Source: Ignavibacteriota bacterium (GTDB taxonomy: Bacteria > Bacteroidota > Ignavibacteria > Palsa-1295). Taken from it: a stretch of 64,000 bases of DNA. The stretch's first letter is position 1, and every line of letters starts with the position of its first letter. The position numbers and the translations under genes are program-made. The DNA lies in assembly GCA_963787835.1 (NCBI GenBank), contig CAWBEI010000002.1, forward strand, positions 1,120,001-1,184,000, given 5' to 3'. This document shows, piece by piece, positions 35,772 through 46,602 of this stretch. The notes beneath the pieces were generated by a model, which was not told the DNA's origin, searched no databases, and worked only from the letters and a program-made list of their open reading frames with translations.

Positions 35772-37190
35772 TTACGCCGCGACCAACTCCCTGAGTTTCG
35801 TTACCAGCATATCGACATTCTTCTTCGCATCGCCGAAGAGCATGCGGGTATTCTCTTTATAAAAGAGGGGATTATCAATTCCAGCATAACCGGATGCCAT
35901 CGAGCGTTTCATCACGACTGCGGTTTTTGCTTTCCACACTTCGAGCACGGGCATTCCTGCGATGGGACTGGTGGGATCTTCGAGCGCAGCGGGGTTTACG
36001 ATATCGTTAGCGCCAATGACCATTGCCACATCGGTCTCCGGGAAATCCTCGTTGATCTCATCCATCTCGAAAACAATATCATAGGGAACATTTGCTTCGG
36101 CAAGGAGCACGTTCATGTGTCCGGGCAATCTACCTGCAACGGGATGGATGCCAAAGCGGACATTCACGCCTTTATCCCGCAGGATCTTCACCATTTCTGC
36201 GAGCGAGTGCTGTGCTTGCGCAACGGCTACGCCATATCCAGGAACGATGATGACACTTTTCGCGTCGCTGAGCATTTCCGCAACTTCATCGTTAGTGGTT
36301 GCAGTCACCTCGCCTTGCGGCTGCGCACCGGCGGCGGGTGATACGCCTTCCGCTGTTCCAAAGCCGCCGAGGATGACGCTGATGAACGAGCGGTTCATAG
36401 CCTTGCACATGATGAAGCTAAGGATCGCACCGGAACTTCCAACCAGAGCGCCTGTCACAATAAGCAGATCGTTCGAGAGCATGAATCCCGCTGCTGCGGC
36501 CGCCCAGCCCGAGTAACTATTCAGCATGGAGACCACAACCGGCATATCCGCACCGCCAATGGCCATGACGAGATGTACGCCGATCACGCACGCGATGGCC
36601 GTCATGATAATCAGCGGCATCATTCCAGCATGTGCCGCATCTTGCGGAGCAGACATGAACACTACGCCCAAAATGATGACTGCAACGATCATTGCAAGAT
36701 TCAGTAAATGTCTCCCGGGGAGTGTAAGCGGCTTGCCGGAAATTTTACCGTTCAGTTTACCGAATGCAATCACGGAGCCTGTAAAGGTGATTGCCCCGAT
36801 GAAGATGCCGACGTAAATTTCGAGTTGATGGATCGTCTCTTCCGAACCCGCAAGCGTGGAACCACCGCCGAGATAATTACTGAATCCAACCAGCACCGCC
36901 GCTGCGCCCACGAAGCTGTGAAGCATTGCGACAAGTTCCGGCATAGAAGTCATTGCAACACGCGAGGCAAGAAAGCTCCCGATGATCGCGCCAGGAATAA
37001 GAGCGCCTATCAGCGGAACGTATCCATTGACAGGAATCAGCACGGCCGTTGCAATGAGCGCCAGCGCCATGCCGATCATGCCGAAGAGATTACCGCGGCG
37101 GGAAGTCGCGTGCTGAGATAGCCCGCTCAAGCTCAATATAAAAAGAGCTATTGCGGCGATGTAACTGGTAGTTGCGAAAGAATTACCCAT
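35772..37190 (-). CDS. pntB: NAD(P) transhydrogenase beta subunit
   Basis: [47 protein letters not shown]. Confidence 0.98.
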   Translation of the reverse strand: MGNSFATTSYIAAIALFILSLSGLSQHATSRRGNLFGMIGMALALIATAVLIPVNGYVPLIGALIPGAIIGSFLASRVAMTSMPELVAMLHSFVGAAAVLVGFSNYLGGGSTLAGSEETIHQLEIYVGIFIGAITFTGSVIAFGKLNGKISGKPLTLPGRHLLNLAMIVAVIILGVVFMSAPQDAAHAGMMPLIIMTAIACVIGVHLVMAIGGADMPVVVSMLNSYSGWAAAAAGFMLSNDLLIVTGALVGSSGAILSFIMCKAMNRSFISVILGGFGTAEGVSPAAGAQPQGEVTATTNDEVAEMLSDAKSVIIVPGYGVAVAQAQHSLAEMVKILRDKGVNVRFGIHPVAGRLPGHMNVLLAEANVPYDIVFEMDEINEDFPETDVAMVIGANDIVNPAALEDPTSPIAGMPVLEVWKAKTAVVMKRSMASGYAGIDNPLFYKENTRMLFGDAKKNVDMLVTKLRELVAA

Positions 37191-37229
37191 TAGTGGATAG
37201 TGGAAAAGTGGATAGTGGATAACAGAGAG
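37191..37229. repeat. Heptamer (TAGTGGA) tandem repeat
   Basis: tagtggatagtggaaaagtggatagtggataac. Confidence 0.8.
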
Positions 37230-37592
37230 TTAGTGCTCGTATTCGTTTGCCTTTGCGGTCTTGATGGAAGCGGTTAAGAGCCGAAGTAATTCTTCACAAT
37301 CTTTAAGTAATGAGTCGGCTTCCTCCGGTTTGAGTACATCGCCTTCTTTGAAGAGTCGAATCCAATAGTGCGTTTCGAATGCTTCCTTGTTAGCAATACT
37401 AAGTTTATGAATAAAATCTGCGCGCGATTCGGCTTGAGATGCTTCTTCAACATTAGCTCCGATGGATGTTCCGGATCGGTAAATTTGCCTCGTGAGCGTG
37501 AACTCTCTTTTTAACTCAACAAAGTGTTTGTGAAGTCTCAGGATCCTGACTGCGAATCGAAAAGATTTTTCCCGCAAAATACTTTCTGACAT
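37230..37592 (-). CDS. Four-helix bundle protein (23S rRNA intervening-sequence protein family)
   Basis: KSFRFA, Q..RSGTSIGAN.EEA...ESRADFIHKL.IA.KEA.ET.YW. Confidence 0.92.
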   Translation of the reverse strand: MSESILREKSFRFAVRILRLHKHFVELKREFTLTRQIYRSGTSIGANVEEASQAESRADFIHKLSIANKEAFETHYWIRLFKEGDVLKPEEADSLLKDCEELLRLLTASIKTAKANEYEH

Positions 37593-37622
37593 ATTATCTC
37601 CAAAACTTAATTATTTTTCTTT

Positions 37623-37654
37623 GCACTATCCGTTATCCACTATTAAACTATCCG
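37623..37654. repeat. Inverted degenerate heptamer repeat (complement of 37191-37229)
   Basis: gcactatccgttatccactattaaactatccg. Confidence 0.7.
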
Positions 37655-39295
37655 TTACTTACGGAACATCTTCAGCATGCGCTGCGTGACGAGGAACCCA
37701 CCAAAGATATTGATGCTCGCCAAAAACACCGCGATAATACTTAGCGTCAATACGATGGTAGGAATGTTACCGCCCAATTGTAGCATACCACCGATAATGA
37801 TGATGCCGGAGATCGCATTTGTTACGCTCATGAGCGGAGTGTGCAACGCAGGTGTTACATTCCAGATCACTTGCCATCCCAAAAACACGGCAAGTACAAA
37901 CACGGTGAAATGCTGTAGGAATGATGTTGGCGCACCGAGCGCAAGTCCGAGAAATACAAGCGTAGCAATAGCGAGCGGAATCACTTTTGCAGCTGCCGAT
38001 TTCGGTTTTGGCTCTTTCTTTACTGTAGCGACTGCAGCGGGCTTTGCAACAGGCGCAGGGGCTGCCTTCGGTTTCGGAGGCGGCCACATCACATTGCCAT
38101 TTTGGGTAATGAGCGCACCGCGCACGACTTCATCTTCAAGATCGATATGATATTTCTCCGAGCCGCCCATATCATCGAGCAGATGGTAGAGGTTCATGCC
38201 ATAAAGCTGGCTGGCTTGCGATGCCATGCGGCTTGGAAGATCGGTGTAACCTACGATCGAAACGCCATTGTGCAATGCAACCTTGCCGGGCTGCGTCATC
38301 TCGCAGTTCCCGCCGTTCTCGGCGGCAAGATCGACGATAACGGAACCTTCCCGCATCGCTTCGACCATTTCACGCGTAATTAATTTTGGCGCTGGCTTGC
38401 CGGGGATAAGCGCAGTAGTGACGATGATGTCAACCTCTTTCGCCTGTTTCATGAAAAGCTCCATCTCCGCTTTTATGAATTCCGGGCTGACCTCTTTTGC
38501 ATATCCGCCTTCGCCTTCGCCGCTCTCGTTGATCTTCACTTCGAGGAATTCAGCGCCCATGCTTTGAATTTGCTCTTTTACGGCAGGACGCACATCAAAC
38601 GCGCGAACGATCGCTCCGAGGGATTTCCCCGCGCCGATCGCTGCAAGTCCGGCAACCCCGGCGCCAATGACGAGAATCTTGGCTGGTGGAATTTTACCTG
38701 CGGCGGTAATTTGTCCAGTAAAAAATCGTGGGAAAAGATTTGCGGCTTCGATGATCGCGCGATAACCGGCGATGTTGGCCATCGAAGAAAGTGCGTCCTC
38801 TTTTTGTGCGCGTGAGATACGCGGAACCGCATCGATCGCAATTACATTGGCATTTCGAGCAGCCAATTTCTTGACAAGCTCGGCATTTTGCGCAGGCGCA
38901 ATGAAAGAAATAAGTGTTTTGCCTGGAGAAAGAAGATCGGCCTCGTGGAGTCCGAGGGATGAATTTTGTTCTGGAGCACGGACTTTCAGAATGATGTCAG
39001 CACTCGCCCAAAGCTCGCGGGCATCCTTGGCCATGCGGCAATCGGCTTCGACATATCGGGCATCCGGGAAATCAGCCATTTCACCCGCTCCGTGCTCGAT
39101 AAGAACTGAAAAGCCCAGTTTTTGCAGTTTCCGGGCCGTATCCGGCGTTGCAGCAACGCGGCGTTCGCCAGCATGAATTTCTTTCGGAATTCCAATGAGG
39201 AGTTTGCGGGGCTGTTGGCCATCCGAATTCATCGGAGTCCCGCCTTGGGCTGTAGATACCGGGGGTGGAGGCATCATCGTTTGAGTATCTGTCAT
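37655..39295 (-). CDS. pntA: NAD(P) transhydrogenase alpha subunit
   Basis: [44 protein letters not shown]; start uncertain. Confidence 0.96.
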   Translation of the reverse strand: MTDTQTMMPPPPVSTAQGGTPMNSDGQQPRKLLIGIPKEIHAGERRVAATPDTARKLQKLGFSVLIEHGAGEMADFPDARYVEADCRMAKDARELWASADIILKVRAPEQNSSLGLHEADLLSPGKTLISFIAPAQNAELVKKLAARNANVIAIDAVPRISRAQKEDALSSMANIAGYRAIIEAANLFPRFFTGQITAAGKIPPAKILVIGAGVAGLAAIGAGKSLGAIVRAFDVRPAVKEQIQSMGAEFLEVKINESGEGEGGYAKEVSPEFIKAEMELFMKQAKEVDIIVTTALIPGKPAPKLITREMVEAMREGSVIVDLAAENGGNCEMTQPGKVALHNGVSIVGYTDLPSRMASQASQLYGMNLYHLLDDMGGSEKYHIDLEDEVVRGALITQNGNVMWPPPKPKAAPAPVAKPAAVATVKKEPKPKSAAAKVIPLAIATLVFLGLALGAPTSFLQHFTVFVLAVFLGWQVIWNVTPALHTPLMSVTNAISGIIIIGGMLQLGGNIPTIVLTLSIIAVFLASINIFGGFLVTQRMLKMFRK

Positions 39296-39353
39296 AGATT
39301 GAGTTATTTCGGCGCACCAAACGAGCAAAGGGGCAAAATGGTTAAATTTTGTT

Positions 39354-39429
39354 GTAGGCGTGACCTTCAGGTCACGGCGAATTCAGACTTCGCTGTTTTA
39401 ATTCACCGTGACCTGAAGGTCACGGCTAC
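39354..39429. repeat. GTAG-type REP doublet overlapping the 3' end of the DUF971 gene
   Basis: GTAGGCGTGACCTTCAGGTCACG ... CGTGACCTGAAGGTCACGGCTAC. Confidence 0.85.
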
Positions 39430-39739
39430 GAACGCATTCCTCGCACGGGCAGATCATTCGAAGATAATCCCAGGAGTAAATACCGGTGTTATGGCCATCT
39501 TTCCACGAAGCCTGGACGCCATAGCCGCCCGTTGGCACAAGCGCAGTGAGTTCATTCATTCCGGGTGTGAACATTGGGAGCTTTGCCGGAGCATAGACCG
39601 TCCCGAAAATTACTTCGCCTTTGCATGCCGCGCAGGGGCATTCCTGACGCAGATACGCGAGAGGATAGCGCGAGATATGGCCATCGTCCCAATGGACGAC
39701 CAAGTCGGTATGTTCTCGCTTGATATTTAGTGCTCTCAT
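39398..39739 (-). CDS. DUF971 / gamma-butyrobetaine hydroxylase-like N-terminal domain protein
   Basis: WDDGH, LR..CPCA.C, G.YG....W.DGH.TGIYSWDYL. Confidence 0.88.
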   Translation of the reverse strand: MRALNIKREHTDLVVHWDDGHISRYPLAYLRQECPCAACKGEVIFGTVYAPAKLPMFTPGMNELTALVPTGGYGVQASWKDGHNTGIYSWDYLRMICPCEECVRSRDLQVTVN

Positions 39740-39804
39740 TGGGTAGCCGTTGAAATAGGGAATGTTTTAGACCAATTTGCGCGAACAAACGATACTTTGC
39801 TCGA

Positions 39805-40485
39805 TCACGGCTGTGCACCTGGCATTGGTGTTTTCGTTTTGGTCATATCCATAACTCGGAACCCGTTCGGTGCTACAAATCGATTGGAATCGATCGGACT
39901 CACAGTATCGATGGACATCAGGCGAAGATCGTTCTCATGGCCATCGTAATTGTTCATTTTACCAACGGTCAAGCCTTTGTATTCAAAGATATAGGAAGGC
40001 TCTTCTGCCTGTTGCCAGATATGAGCTTTGAGGGTCACTCCACTCGCAACGATATTCGTATCCCCACGCAAGACAAAGCCACGCCGCGCAAAGAAGCTTC
40101 CGAACTGCTCATCGGGAGTGGGAACCTCATCTGGCGGTAAATGGAACAGGCTGTCGGTCGCTTTATCGATCAGTCGGATCGTCTGCAGTTTGACAGAATC
40201 GACGATCGTAACGGCGCTGATGTCGCGGAGGGTGTAGGCGATAGTTGGATGGAAGGCATCCTGCCCGATGACTTCGAAATGGGCGTAATGTACTTCACGG
40301 AGGCCGGAACTATCCTCGTAGAGATCTTCCGTTCCACGAGTATTACCGAAGTATTCAAGATGGAGCGCGGCGTGCTGCACTCCGAACGGATGATAATTAT
40401 TGCGTTCGCCGGGAGGAAGCTGGCGCGAACATCCTGCGGCGATACCGCACAAGAGAACAAACGAAAAAACTTTCCTATGACGCAT
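39805..40485 (-). CDS. Hypothetical lipoprotein
   Basis: Lipobox AAGC; C-terminal F..P.GF pattern. Confidence 0.7.
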   Translation of the reverse strand: MRHRKVFSFVLLCGIAAGCSRQLPPGERNNYHPFGVQHAALHLEYFGNTRGTEDLYEDSSGLREVHYAHFEVIGQDAFHPTIAYTLRDISAVTIVDSVKLQTIRLIDKATDSLFHLPPDEVPTPDEQFGSFFARRGFVLRGDTNIVASGVTLKAHIWQQAEEPSYIFEYKGLTVGKMNNYDGHENDLRLMSIDTVSPIDSNRFVAPNGFRVMDMTKTKTPMPGAQP

Positions 40486-40732
40486 TTTTTCTCCCTATGA
40501 TCATTCGATAGAGCAGCAGTAATATCACTGCTCCCATGATGGACATGATAAACCAGCTCACGCTTCCGGTGGTACTGATCTTCAGCTCGCGAGCAAGCGC
40601 ACCGCCAATAATGGAGCCCACAAGCCCGACGATCATCGTTACCACACAGCCGCCGGGTCCGCGGCCAGGAGTGAGAAATTTAGCTAATGCGCCAATAACG
40701 AGGCCTATGAAAGCGATCCAAATAAAGTGCAT
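40475..40732 (-). CDS. GlsB/YeaQ/YmgE (transglycosylase-associated) membrane protein
   Basis: GLVIGALAK.L.PG...GG...T...G..GS..GG...GAVILL. Confidence 0.9.
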   Translation of the reverse strand: MHFIWIAFIGLVIGALAKFLTPGRGPGGCVVTMIVGLVGSIIGGALARELKISTTGSVSWFIMSIMGAVILLLLYRMIIGRKNAS

Positions 40733-40788
40733 GTCCAGTTATTTACGAGTAGCCAAGAACGACTGAGTGCCTCTGAAAGCTCCGCACC

Positions 40789-41688
40789 TCAACGAACGCA
40801 TAGCAGATTTGCTTCGGCGCTTCCGGAAAATTGTTGCAACAATTCGCTTTGCGTTGTTTGCTGCACGGTGTCCCGCTTTTCGTCGACGAGGCTCATGGTA
40901 AAGCCTGCACGATCGAGGAGATCCAGCATTTCGCTTGCGCCGTTTTGATGTCGTTCATCCAGGCCTGTATGCCAGAATTCTGTAAAAAGTGCGAGGTGTG
41001 AACTCGATGCGAGCAATGAGGACGCGCCATTCAACACATCAAGCTCGGCGCCCTGCACATCCATAATGATCGCGTCCGCAGGCGCGTGACCTTCAGAAAT
41101 GAATGAGTCGATCGTGGTAACATCGACCGTAACATGATCTCGAGTTGCGACGGATTGAAGTTGATGGTCTCCAGAATTCGTTTGGCTGAGCGAAAGCAAT
41201 GCCGTTCCTTTTGCATCCCCAACTGCCAACTGAAAAATTTCGACATTTGCTACCCCATTTTCAGATACGGTTCTTCTTAACAATTCGAAATTCTCCGGCG
41301 CAGGTTCGAACGCAAACACTTTGCCCAATGGTCCAACACACTCCGAAGCAAGGAGCGTGTAATACCCAAGATTTGCGCCAATATTATAAACGGTCATGCC
41401 GGGTTTGAGATGCTCTTTTACAAGCTTTGACTCATAAGGCTCATAGGCATGGTACATGATCAGTTGATGTGCCACGCCGCCATCCTCAGCACGAACGTAC
41501 ATGAATCGGTTCGGAAATCCTGGAACTGGTGCTTTTTGAATGCCGGTGATCCCGAATATCGGAAGGAGTTTATGAAGACGGAAGGAAAATTTGTGGTGGA
41601 AATTATTTATTCGAGTCGAGCGGTCGTAACCCCGGCCTGTGAGCAGGACAAGGAGGGTTCTCAATATTTCAAAAATGGCGCGGCGCAT
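40789..41688 (-). CDS. FkbM family methyltransferase
   Basis: IGANLGYY, VFAFEP, MDVQGAE..VL.G. Confidence 0.9.
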   Translation of the reverse strand: MRRAIFEILRTLLVLLTGRGYDRSTRINNFHHKFSFRLHKLLPIFGITGIQKAPVPGFPNRFMYVRAEDGGVAHQLIMYHAYEPYESKLVKEHLKPGMTVYNIGANLGYYTLLASECVGPLGKVFAFEPAPENFELLRRTVSENGVANVEIFQLAVGDAKGTALLSLSQTNSGDHQLQSVATRDHVTVDVTTIDSFISEGHAPADAIIMDVQGAELDVLNGASSLLASSSHLALFTEFWHTGLDERHQNGASEMLDLLDRAGFTMSLVDEKRDTVQQTTQSELLQQFSGSAEANLLCVR

Positions 41689-43884
41689 TTAATTCTTACC
41701 AAATACATCCAGAAAATCGGTCCCAGCCCGCATATCCTGGTCATTGTTGGCGATGATCCAACCTTCGGCAAGCTGCTGATCGACGAGGCCATCGATGAAC
41801 CGGCTTGGCTTGGAAAGCACAATGCCGGATTCGCGATCGTACAAATTTGTCGGATAGGTAATGATGAGATGTTCCTTAGCGCGCGTGGCTGCAACGTACG
41901 TCAACCGGCGCTCTTCTTCCAGATCTTCCGGGTCTCGCGCGGCATGAACGGATGGGAACCTGCCATCGAGGCAGTTGGTGATGATGACGGTGTTCCATTC
42001 CAGTCCCTTTGCAGAATGGATCGTGCTTAGCGTGAGAATTTCATCATCGCGCGTGCCTTCTTCCACATCGGTCATGGAGTCCGTTGGAGGGTCGAGCGAA
42101 AGATCGGAGAGAAGGGATGTTAACGAGCGATAGCGTTCTGTGATAAGCTGAAATGTTTCAATATCCTTCTCTCGCTTTTGATGATCGTCGTATTTTTTGC
42201 GAAGGATGGGTTTGTAATATTCGATGAGATGCTCCATTTTTTCTGGCGGAGTCAGCTTCTCGTTCGAAACAAACTTTAGCGTGCTAAAAAGGTTAACTAA
42301 ATTCTGGGGCATTTTGGAAAATTCGAATGGAGGTGGCACAGTACCCTCCATTACAGCATCGCTGAATTTGCCGAATGACACACGCCCATCCCCAATATCA
42401 TTGACGATCTTCTCCGCCGTCTTCGGGCCAATGCCATCATGTAAAAGCAAAATTCGATACCAGCTTACCGCATCTTTCGGATTTTGTATCACGCGCAGCA
42501 TGGCCGTGAGATCTTTGACATGCGAAGTCTCGATAAACTTCATCCCGCCGAATTTCTGGAAGGGAATATTCGCTCGCTGTAATTCCAGTTCCAGATCGAA
42601 AGACATATATCCCGAGCGAAACAGCACCGCAATATCTTTCAGGCTCACACCCATCTCACGGTATTCAAGAATCTTCTCGACTACATAAAGCGATTGCTGC
42701 GCCTCATTCTCCGCACAAACTATTTGCGGCATTTCGCCAAGTTCGTGCCGTGAGTAGAGCGTTTTCTCATACCGCTTGACCGCCATAGAGATGACGTGAT
42801 TTGTCAGCGTGAGTATCGGCTGTGTGGAACGAAAATTCTCTTCGAGTGGAATCACCTTCGCGCCAGGGTATTGCTTCGGGAATTCGAAGATATTCTCCAC
42901 TTCCGCTCCGCGAAAACGGTAGATGGATTGAGCATCATCACCAACGACCATCACATTCGGGCCAACCACCCCCCGCCCCTCGCCTTGAAAAGTCGGGGGA
43001 GACTGCGGGATTTGTTCCCCCTCCTTAAGAAGGAGTGGGTTAGGGGGTGGTAGAGCCAGCAGCTCGACGATCCGTGCTTGCAAACGATTCACATCCTGAT
43101 ACTCATCTACCATGATATAACGGTAGCGTTGGTTCAGCGTTTGCCTAACCTTCTCATTTTGTTCGAGAAGCAGTACAAGATTGGTCAGCAGATCGTCATA
43201 GTCCATTGCGTTAGACTTGCGCTTGTATGCATGATACCCGTGTGCAAGTCGGAGAATATCCGGCAGATCTTCGATGAAATGAGGGAAATCGTTCTCGATG
43301 ACATCTTCGAGTGCGATGAGTTTGTTGACCGCGAGCGAGAACATTGCGCCGAGCGTAGTCTTGCGAGGGAACCGGCGGCGCGCGGTTGCAAGCCCCATTT
43401 GCGTTCGAAGCAAATTGATGGCATCGTGCGAATCGCTCTGATCGAGAATGGTAAAATCATTATTGAATCCGATCAGGCTGGCATAATGACGAAGCGTAAG
43501 ATTGGCAAACGAATGGAATGTACCGCCCGCGACATTCTCTGCTGAGCGGTCATGCAACAGCGCGGAAGCGCGCCGAAGCATTTCCTGCGCGGCACGGCGC
43601 GTAAAGGTAAGAAGAAGAATGGATTTCGGATCGATGCCCTGTTCAACTAATCTGGCCACACGATACGTAAGCGTTCGCGTCTTGCCCGTCCCCGCGCCTG
43701 CGATCACAAGCGCAGGACCATCCTTATGTTTTACAGCTTCGAATTGCGCGGCATTTAATTCCTGCTCGTAGCGCACCTTGAACCGCGATTCATCGACGAA
43801 CGCAGCATCGGCCGCACGCTTTAATACGAAGCGTTTCGGAGCAATGGCAGGAGTTGTTGTGCTGATGGGCACCTGTTCGGGCAT
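41689..43884 (-). CDS. UvrD/PcrA-family ATP-dependent DNA helicase
   Basis: AGAGTGKT, TFH, DEYQD, VGDDAQSIYRFRG, NFRS, TIHSAKGLEW, EERRL.YVA.TRA. Confidence 0.96.
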   Translation of the reverse strand: MPEQVPISTTTPAIAPKRFVLKRAADAAFVDESRFKVRYEQELNAAQFEAVKHKDGPALVIAGAGTGKTRTLTYRVARLVEQGIDPKSILLLTFTRRAAQEMLRRASALLHDRSAENVAGGTFHSFANLTLRHYASLIGFNNDFTILDQSDSHDAINLLRTQMGLATARRRFPRKTTLGAMFSLAVNKLIALEDVIENDFPHFIEDLPDILRLAHGYHAYKRKSNAMDYDDLLTNLVLLLEQNEKVRQTLNQRYRYIMVDEYQDVNRLQARIVELLALPPPNPLLLKEGEQIPQSPPTFQGEGRGVVGPNVMVVGDDAQSIYRFRGAEVENIFEFPKQYPGAKVIPLEENFRSTQPILTLTNHVISMAVKRYEKTLYSRHELGEMPQIVCAENEAQQSLYVVEKILEYREMGVSLKDIAVLFRSGYMSFDLELELQRANIPFQKFGGMKFIETSHVKDLTAMLRVIQNPKDAVSWYRILLLHDGIGPKTAEKIVNDIGDGRVSFGKFSDAVMEGTVPPPFEFSKMPQNLVNLFSTLKFVSNEKLTPPEKMEHLIEYYKPILRKKYDDHQKREKDIETFQLITERYRSLTSLLSDLSLDPPTDSMTDVEEGTRDDEILTLSTIHSAKGLEWNTVIITNCLDGRFPSVHAARDPEDLEEERRLTYVAATRAKEHLIITYPTNLYDRESGIVLSKPSRFIDGLVDQQLAEGWIIANNDQDMRAGTDFLDVFGKN
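42965..43051. repeat. In-frame palindromic doublet (87 bp) inside the helicase gene
   Basis: accaccccccgcccctcgcc...ggggga / tccccctccttaagaaggagtgggttagggggtggt; encodes PPPNPLLLKEGEQIPQSPPTFQGEGRGVV. Confidence 0.8.
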
Positions 43885-43969
43885 GCAAGGCTAACGGGCA
43901 ATGCAGGATGGCGGTTTCCCTCTCTTGGTAAAGTGGCATTCTTTCCGAGCTACCATCGTTTTCTCGATC

Positions 43970-44965
43970 ATGTTAAAGCAAATCTTGCTGTTGTTTCCAC
44001 TTGCGCTAATGCTGATGGCCGTTGGGTGTAGCCAAGCTGTGGCGCCAACGGAATTGAATCTACATTTACCTCCTGGCATTCCGCTTGGAGCAGTTAATGG
44101 GGAATATGGCTTTAATTTAAACGGGAAGGCTTACGACAGCGGAATTCCGAATAGTGATGCGGGCAGTGCAGATTTGAATCCTGGGCAAAGCGGCGGTGGC
44201 GCAAGTCTGTTCGTCGGCTTGTTTTATGATTTCAATAACGGAATTTATGGAGATGTCAATCTCAGTATTCCACTTACGGTTCCCGCACCGCAAATGATGC
44301 CAATTTCCAGTTCGGGCCAAGGAATTCATGCTACAGGAACCCTCGATTGCGATTCCATAGGTTATATTTATTATGGGGCTTTACCGGGTGGAATTGTTAA
44401 CATAACTAAATTTGACACTATCAATAATCTTGTTTCAGGGACGTTCGAGTTTAATGCATCTGAAACCTCTCCTAATGTTGATCTAACTAAGACTGCAAGT
44501 ATCACCACGGGGTATTTCAATAATATTCCTATTGAACAAGGAGGCTACGGTCAGGGAAGTGTTACAGCAATGCTGAATGGATCCCCATTTACTACTAACA
44601 ATAATGGGTTTGAGTATGTGGCAGCAAGTCACGAAGGTGGGGGCCTGTATCTTTGGGCAAATGGTCAGGGCAATCTGCTGTATAATGAGCTTACGATTCA
44701 GGGAATTCCTATGGCGGTCGGCACGTATTTTATGAACGACAGTATCAAAGCGCCAAATTTTTATTATTGGGATTGGGGGAATGAAAAAGAAAATGTTGGT
44801 TCTCAAAGCCCCGGCTCGTTTGGTAAGCTCATAATCACAATGTGCGATTCCGCCCATCGCCGCATTTCTGGCTCATTCCAATTCTCTGCAATCGATTCCT
44901 TAGGAAATACAGTGAGTATCACCAACGGTTTGATCAATAATGTACTGTGGGAGCCGTGGCAATAA
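43970..44965 (+). CDS. Hypothetical lipoprotein with two homologous beta-domains (DUF6252-like)
   Basis: Lipobox AVGC; twice G...IT..D.....SG.F.F.A.......IT.G. Confidence 0.7.
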   Translation: MLKQILLLFPLALMLMAVGCSQAVAPTELNLHLPPGIPLGAVNGEYGFNLNGKAYDSGIPNSDAGSADLNPGQSGGGASLFVGLFYDFNNGIYGDVNLSIPLTVPAPQMMPISSSGQGIHATGTLDCDSIGYIYYGALPGGIVNITKFDTINNLVSGTFEFNASETSPNVDLTKTASITTGYFNNIPIEQGGYGQGSVTAMLNGSPFTTNNNGFEYVAASHEGGGLYLWANGQGNLLYNELTIQGIPMAVGTYFMNDSIKAPNFYYWDWGNEKENVGSQSPGSFGKLIITMCDSAHRRISGSFQFSAIDSLGNTVSITNGLINNVLWEPWQ

Positions 44966-44968
44966 TTA

Positions 44969-46318
44969 TCAGAACTTCAACGCGTTCGTAAATGGATTAG
45001 CCTTCGCATCGCGGGAGGAAAGCGGTTTTATGCCCCATCGTTTTTCGATAAGCGAGAGAATGCTCACCGTTTCATATTGGGTGTGATCGACGAAATGCTT
45101 TTTCGCGAACGGTGAAATAACGATCGCCGGCACACGGACGCCGGGACCCCATTTATCTATTTTCGGTGGCGCAACGTGATCCCAGAATCCGCCGTGTTCA
45201 TCGTAGGTGACGATGATAACGCAATCGTTCCAGTCCGGCCCGTTGCGTACGGCGTTGATAAGGTCTTCGAGATGTTGCTCGCCGGCCATGACGCTCGAAT
45301 AGCCGGGATGTTCGTTTAACTCACCAATGGGCTTTACGAATGCGACGGCTGGCAGTGTACCGGCTTTCGCTTGCGCGATAAAATCGTTCTCATCTCTCAA
45401 ATGCGCCGCTTTTGCAGAAGTTCCATCCGCATAATTTTTGAAATATTCGAATGGCTGATGATGATATTGGAACAAGCTGTCGGGATGTCCGGCAAGGGCA
45501 TCGTTCCAACCGCCGCTGTACCATGCCCAGTCGATATTCTTTTCGGACAGTTTATCGCCTATGTTGGGCATTGTTAATCCGGGAACCAGTGTCTTCTCAT
45601 CTTTCACTTTTGGGTGCGGCGTGTAAACCGAATAGACGGTATTGATCAGATAACCATCCGGAGTTGCACCGCCATCCTTTTTCAAATTACCTTTTTTATC
45701 GAGGATGGCTCGCATGGATTTCGGAGCGTCTTTCCATTGCGGCGTTGCGGCGGCAATAGTCCAGATATGATTGAGCCACGAGCCACCGAACGCACTATGA
45801 AAGAAATGATCGCACAACGTATAGTTTGTAGCCTCTTGCATCGCAACTGGAAAATCGGCGGTATGATAATAACCCATCGAAAGACCCTTTGCATCGCTCA
45901 CAGCCGCAAATTTATCCATCTTTCCGCCATCGATCTGTTCCCGTTCCTGATAATAGCGGTGCACGAGATCGGAGGTCAGTACCGAGGGCGAAAGAAATTG
46001 ATCGATGTTGAAATATTTATTTGGCAGTACGGGGGCAGGATTGAAATGCTTGGTGTCACTCCAGGGCAGCGTGGTATAAGGCTTTCCGTTGGCGGTGTCG
46101 ATCTGTGTGTAGTTCGCTTTCGTCGCTTTGGAAAGTCCATCGGCGCCTGGGAACTCCCCATAGAGATTATCGAAGCTGTGGTTCTCCATGTACAGTACGA
46201 TGATATGCCCGATCTTTTTAATTCCCTTTGGCGCAGAGGTGGTTTTGTGGGAATGCGTTATCGGATTGGAATGAAATCCGAAAAAAAAACTTAGGAGGAG
46301 AATTAAGGTTTGAATCAT
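44969..46318 (-). CDS. Secreted acid phosphatase / phosphoesterase (AcpA-phospholipase C family)
   Basis: [51 protein letters not shown]. Confidence 0.92.
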   Translation of the reverse strand: MIQTLILLLSFFFGFHSNPITHSHKTTSAPKGIKKIGHIIVLYMENHSFDNLYGEFPGADGLSKATKANYTQIDTANGKPYTTLPWSDTKHFNPAPVLPNKYFNIDQFLSPSVLTSDLVHRYYQEREQIDGGKMDKFAAVSDAKGLSMGYYHTADFPVAMQEATNYTLCDHFFHSAFGGSWLNHIWTIAAATPQWKDAPKSMRAILDKKGNLKKDGGATPDGYLINTVYSVYTPHPKVKDEKTLVPGLTMPNIGDKLSEKNIDWAWYSGGWNDALAGHPDSLFQYHHQPFEYFKNYADGTSAKAAHLRDENDFIAQAKAGTLPAVAFVKPIGELNEHPGYSSVMAGEQHLEDLINAVRNGPDWNDCVIIVTYDEHGGFWDHVAPPKIDKWGPGVRVPAIVISPFAKKHFVDHTQYETVSILSLIEKRWGIKPLSSRDAKANPFTNALKF

Positions 46319-46352
46319 GGAGTTGGATGTCTAATCATCTTTTAAGTTACCA

Positions 46353-46497
46353 TGTCATCCTGAGCGGAGCAATTCGACCCGCATCGACCACGATGCAGGG
46401 AGAATTGCGTAGTCGAAGGATCTTTGGTTAATCGCACGAGATCCTTCGACTACGCAAAACTCCGCTATCGCTGCGTTTTGCTTCGCTCAGGATGACA
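46353..46497. repeat. CGTC/TGTC-type palindromic repeat element
   Basis: TGTCATCCTGAGCG...GTAGTCGAAGGATCT / AGATCCTTCGACTAC...CGCTCAGGATGACA. Confidence 0.85.
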
Positions 46498-46602
46498 ACG
46501 AGATTGAAACATTGCTAACGTAACGATTGTGCTTTATGAAATCGTTACGAAATTCAGTAAATGTTTGTTCGAATGGGTCAAGAAACCCGTATTTTTGAAG
46601 GA

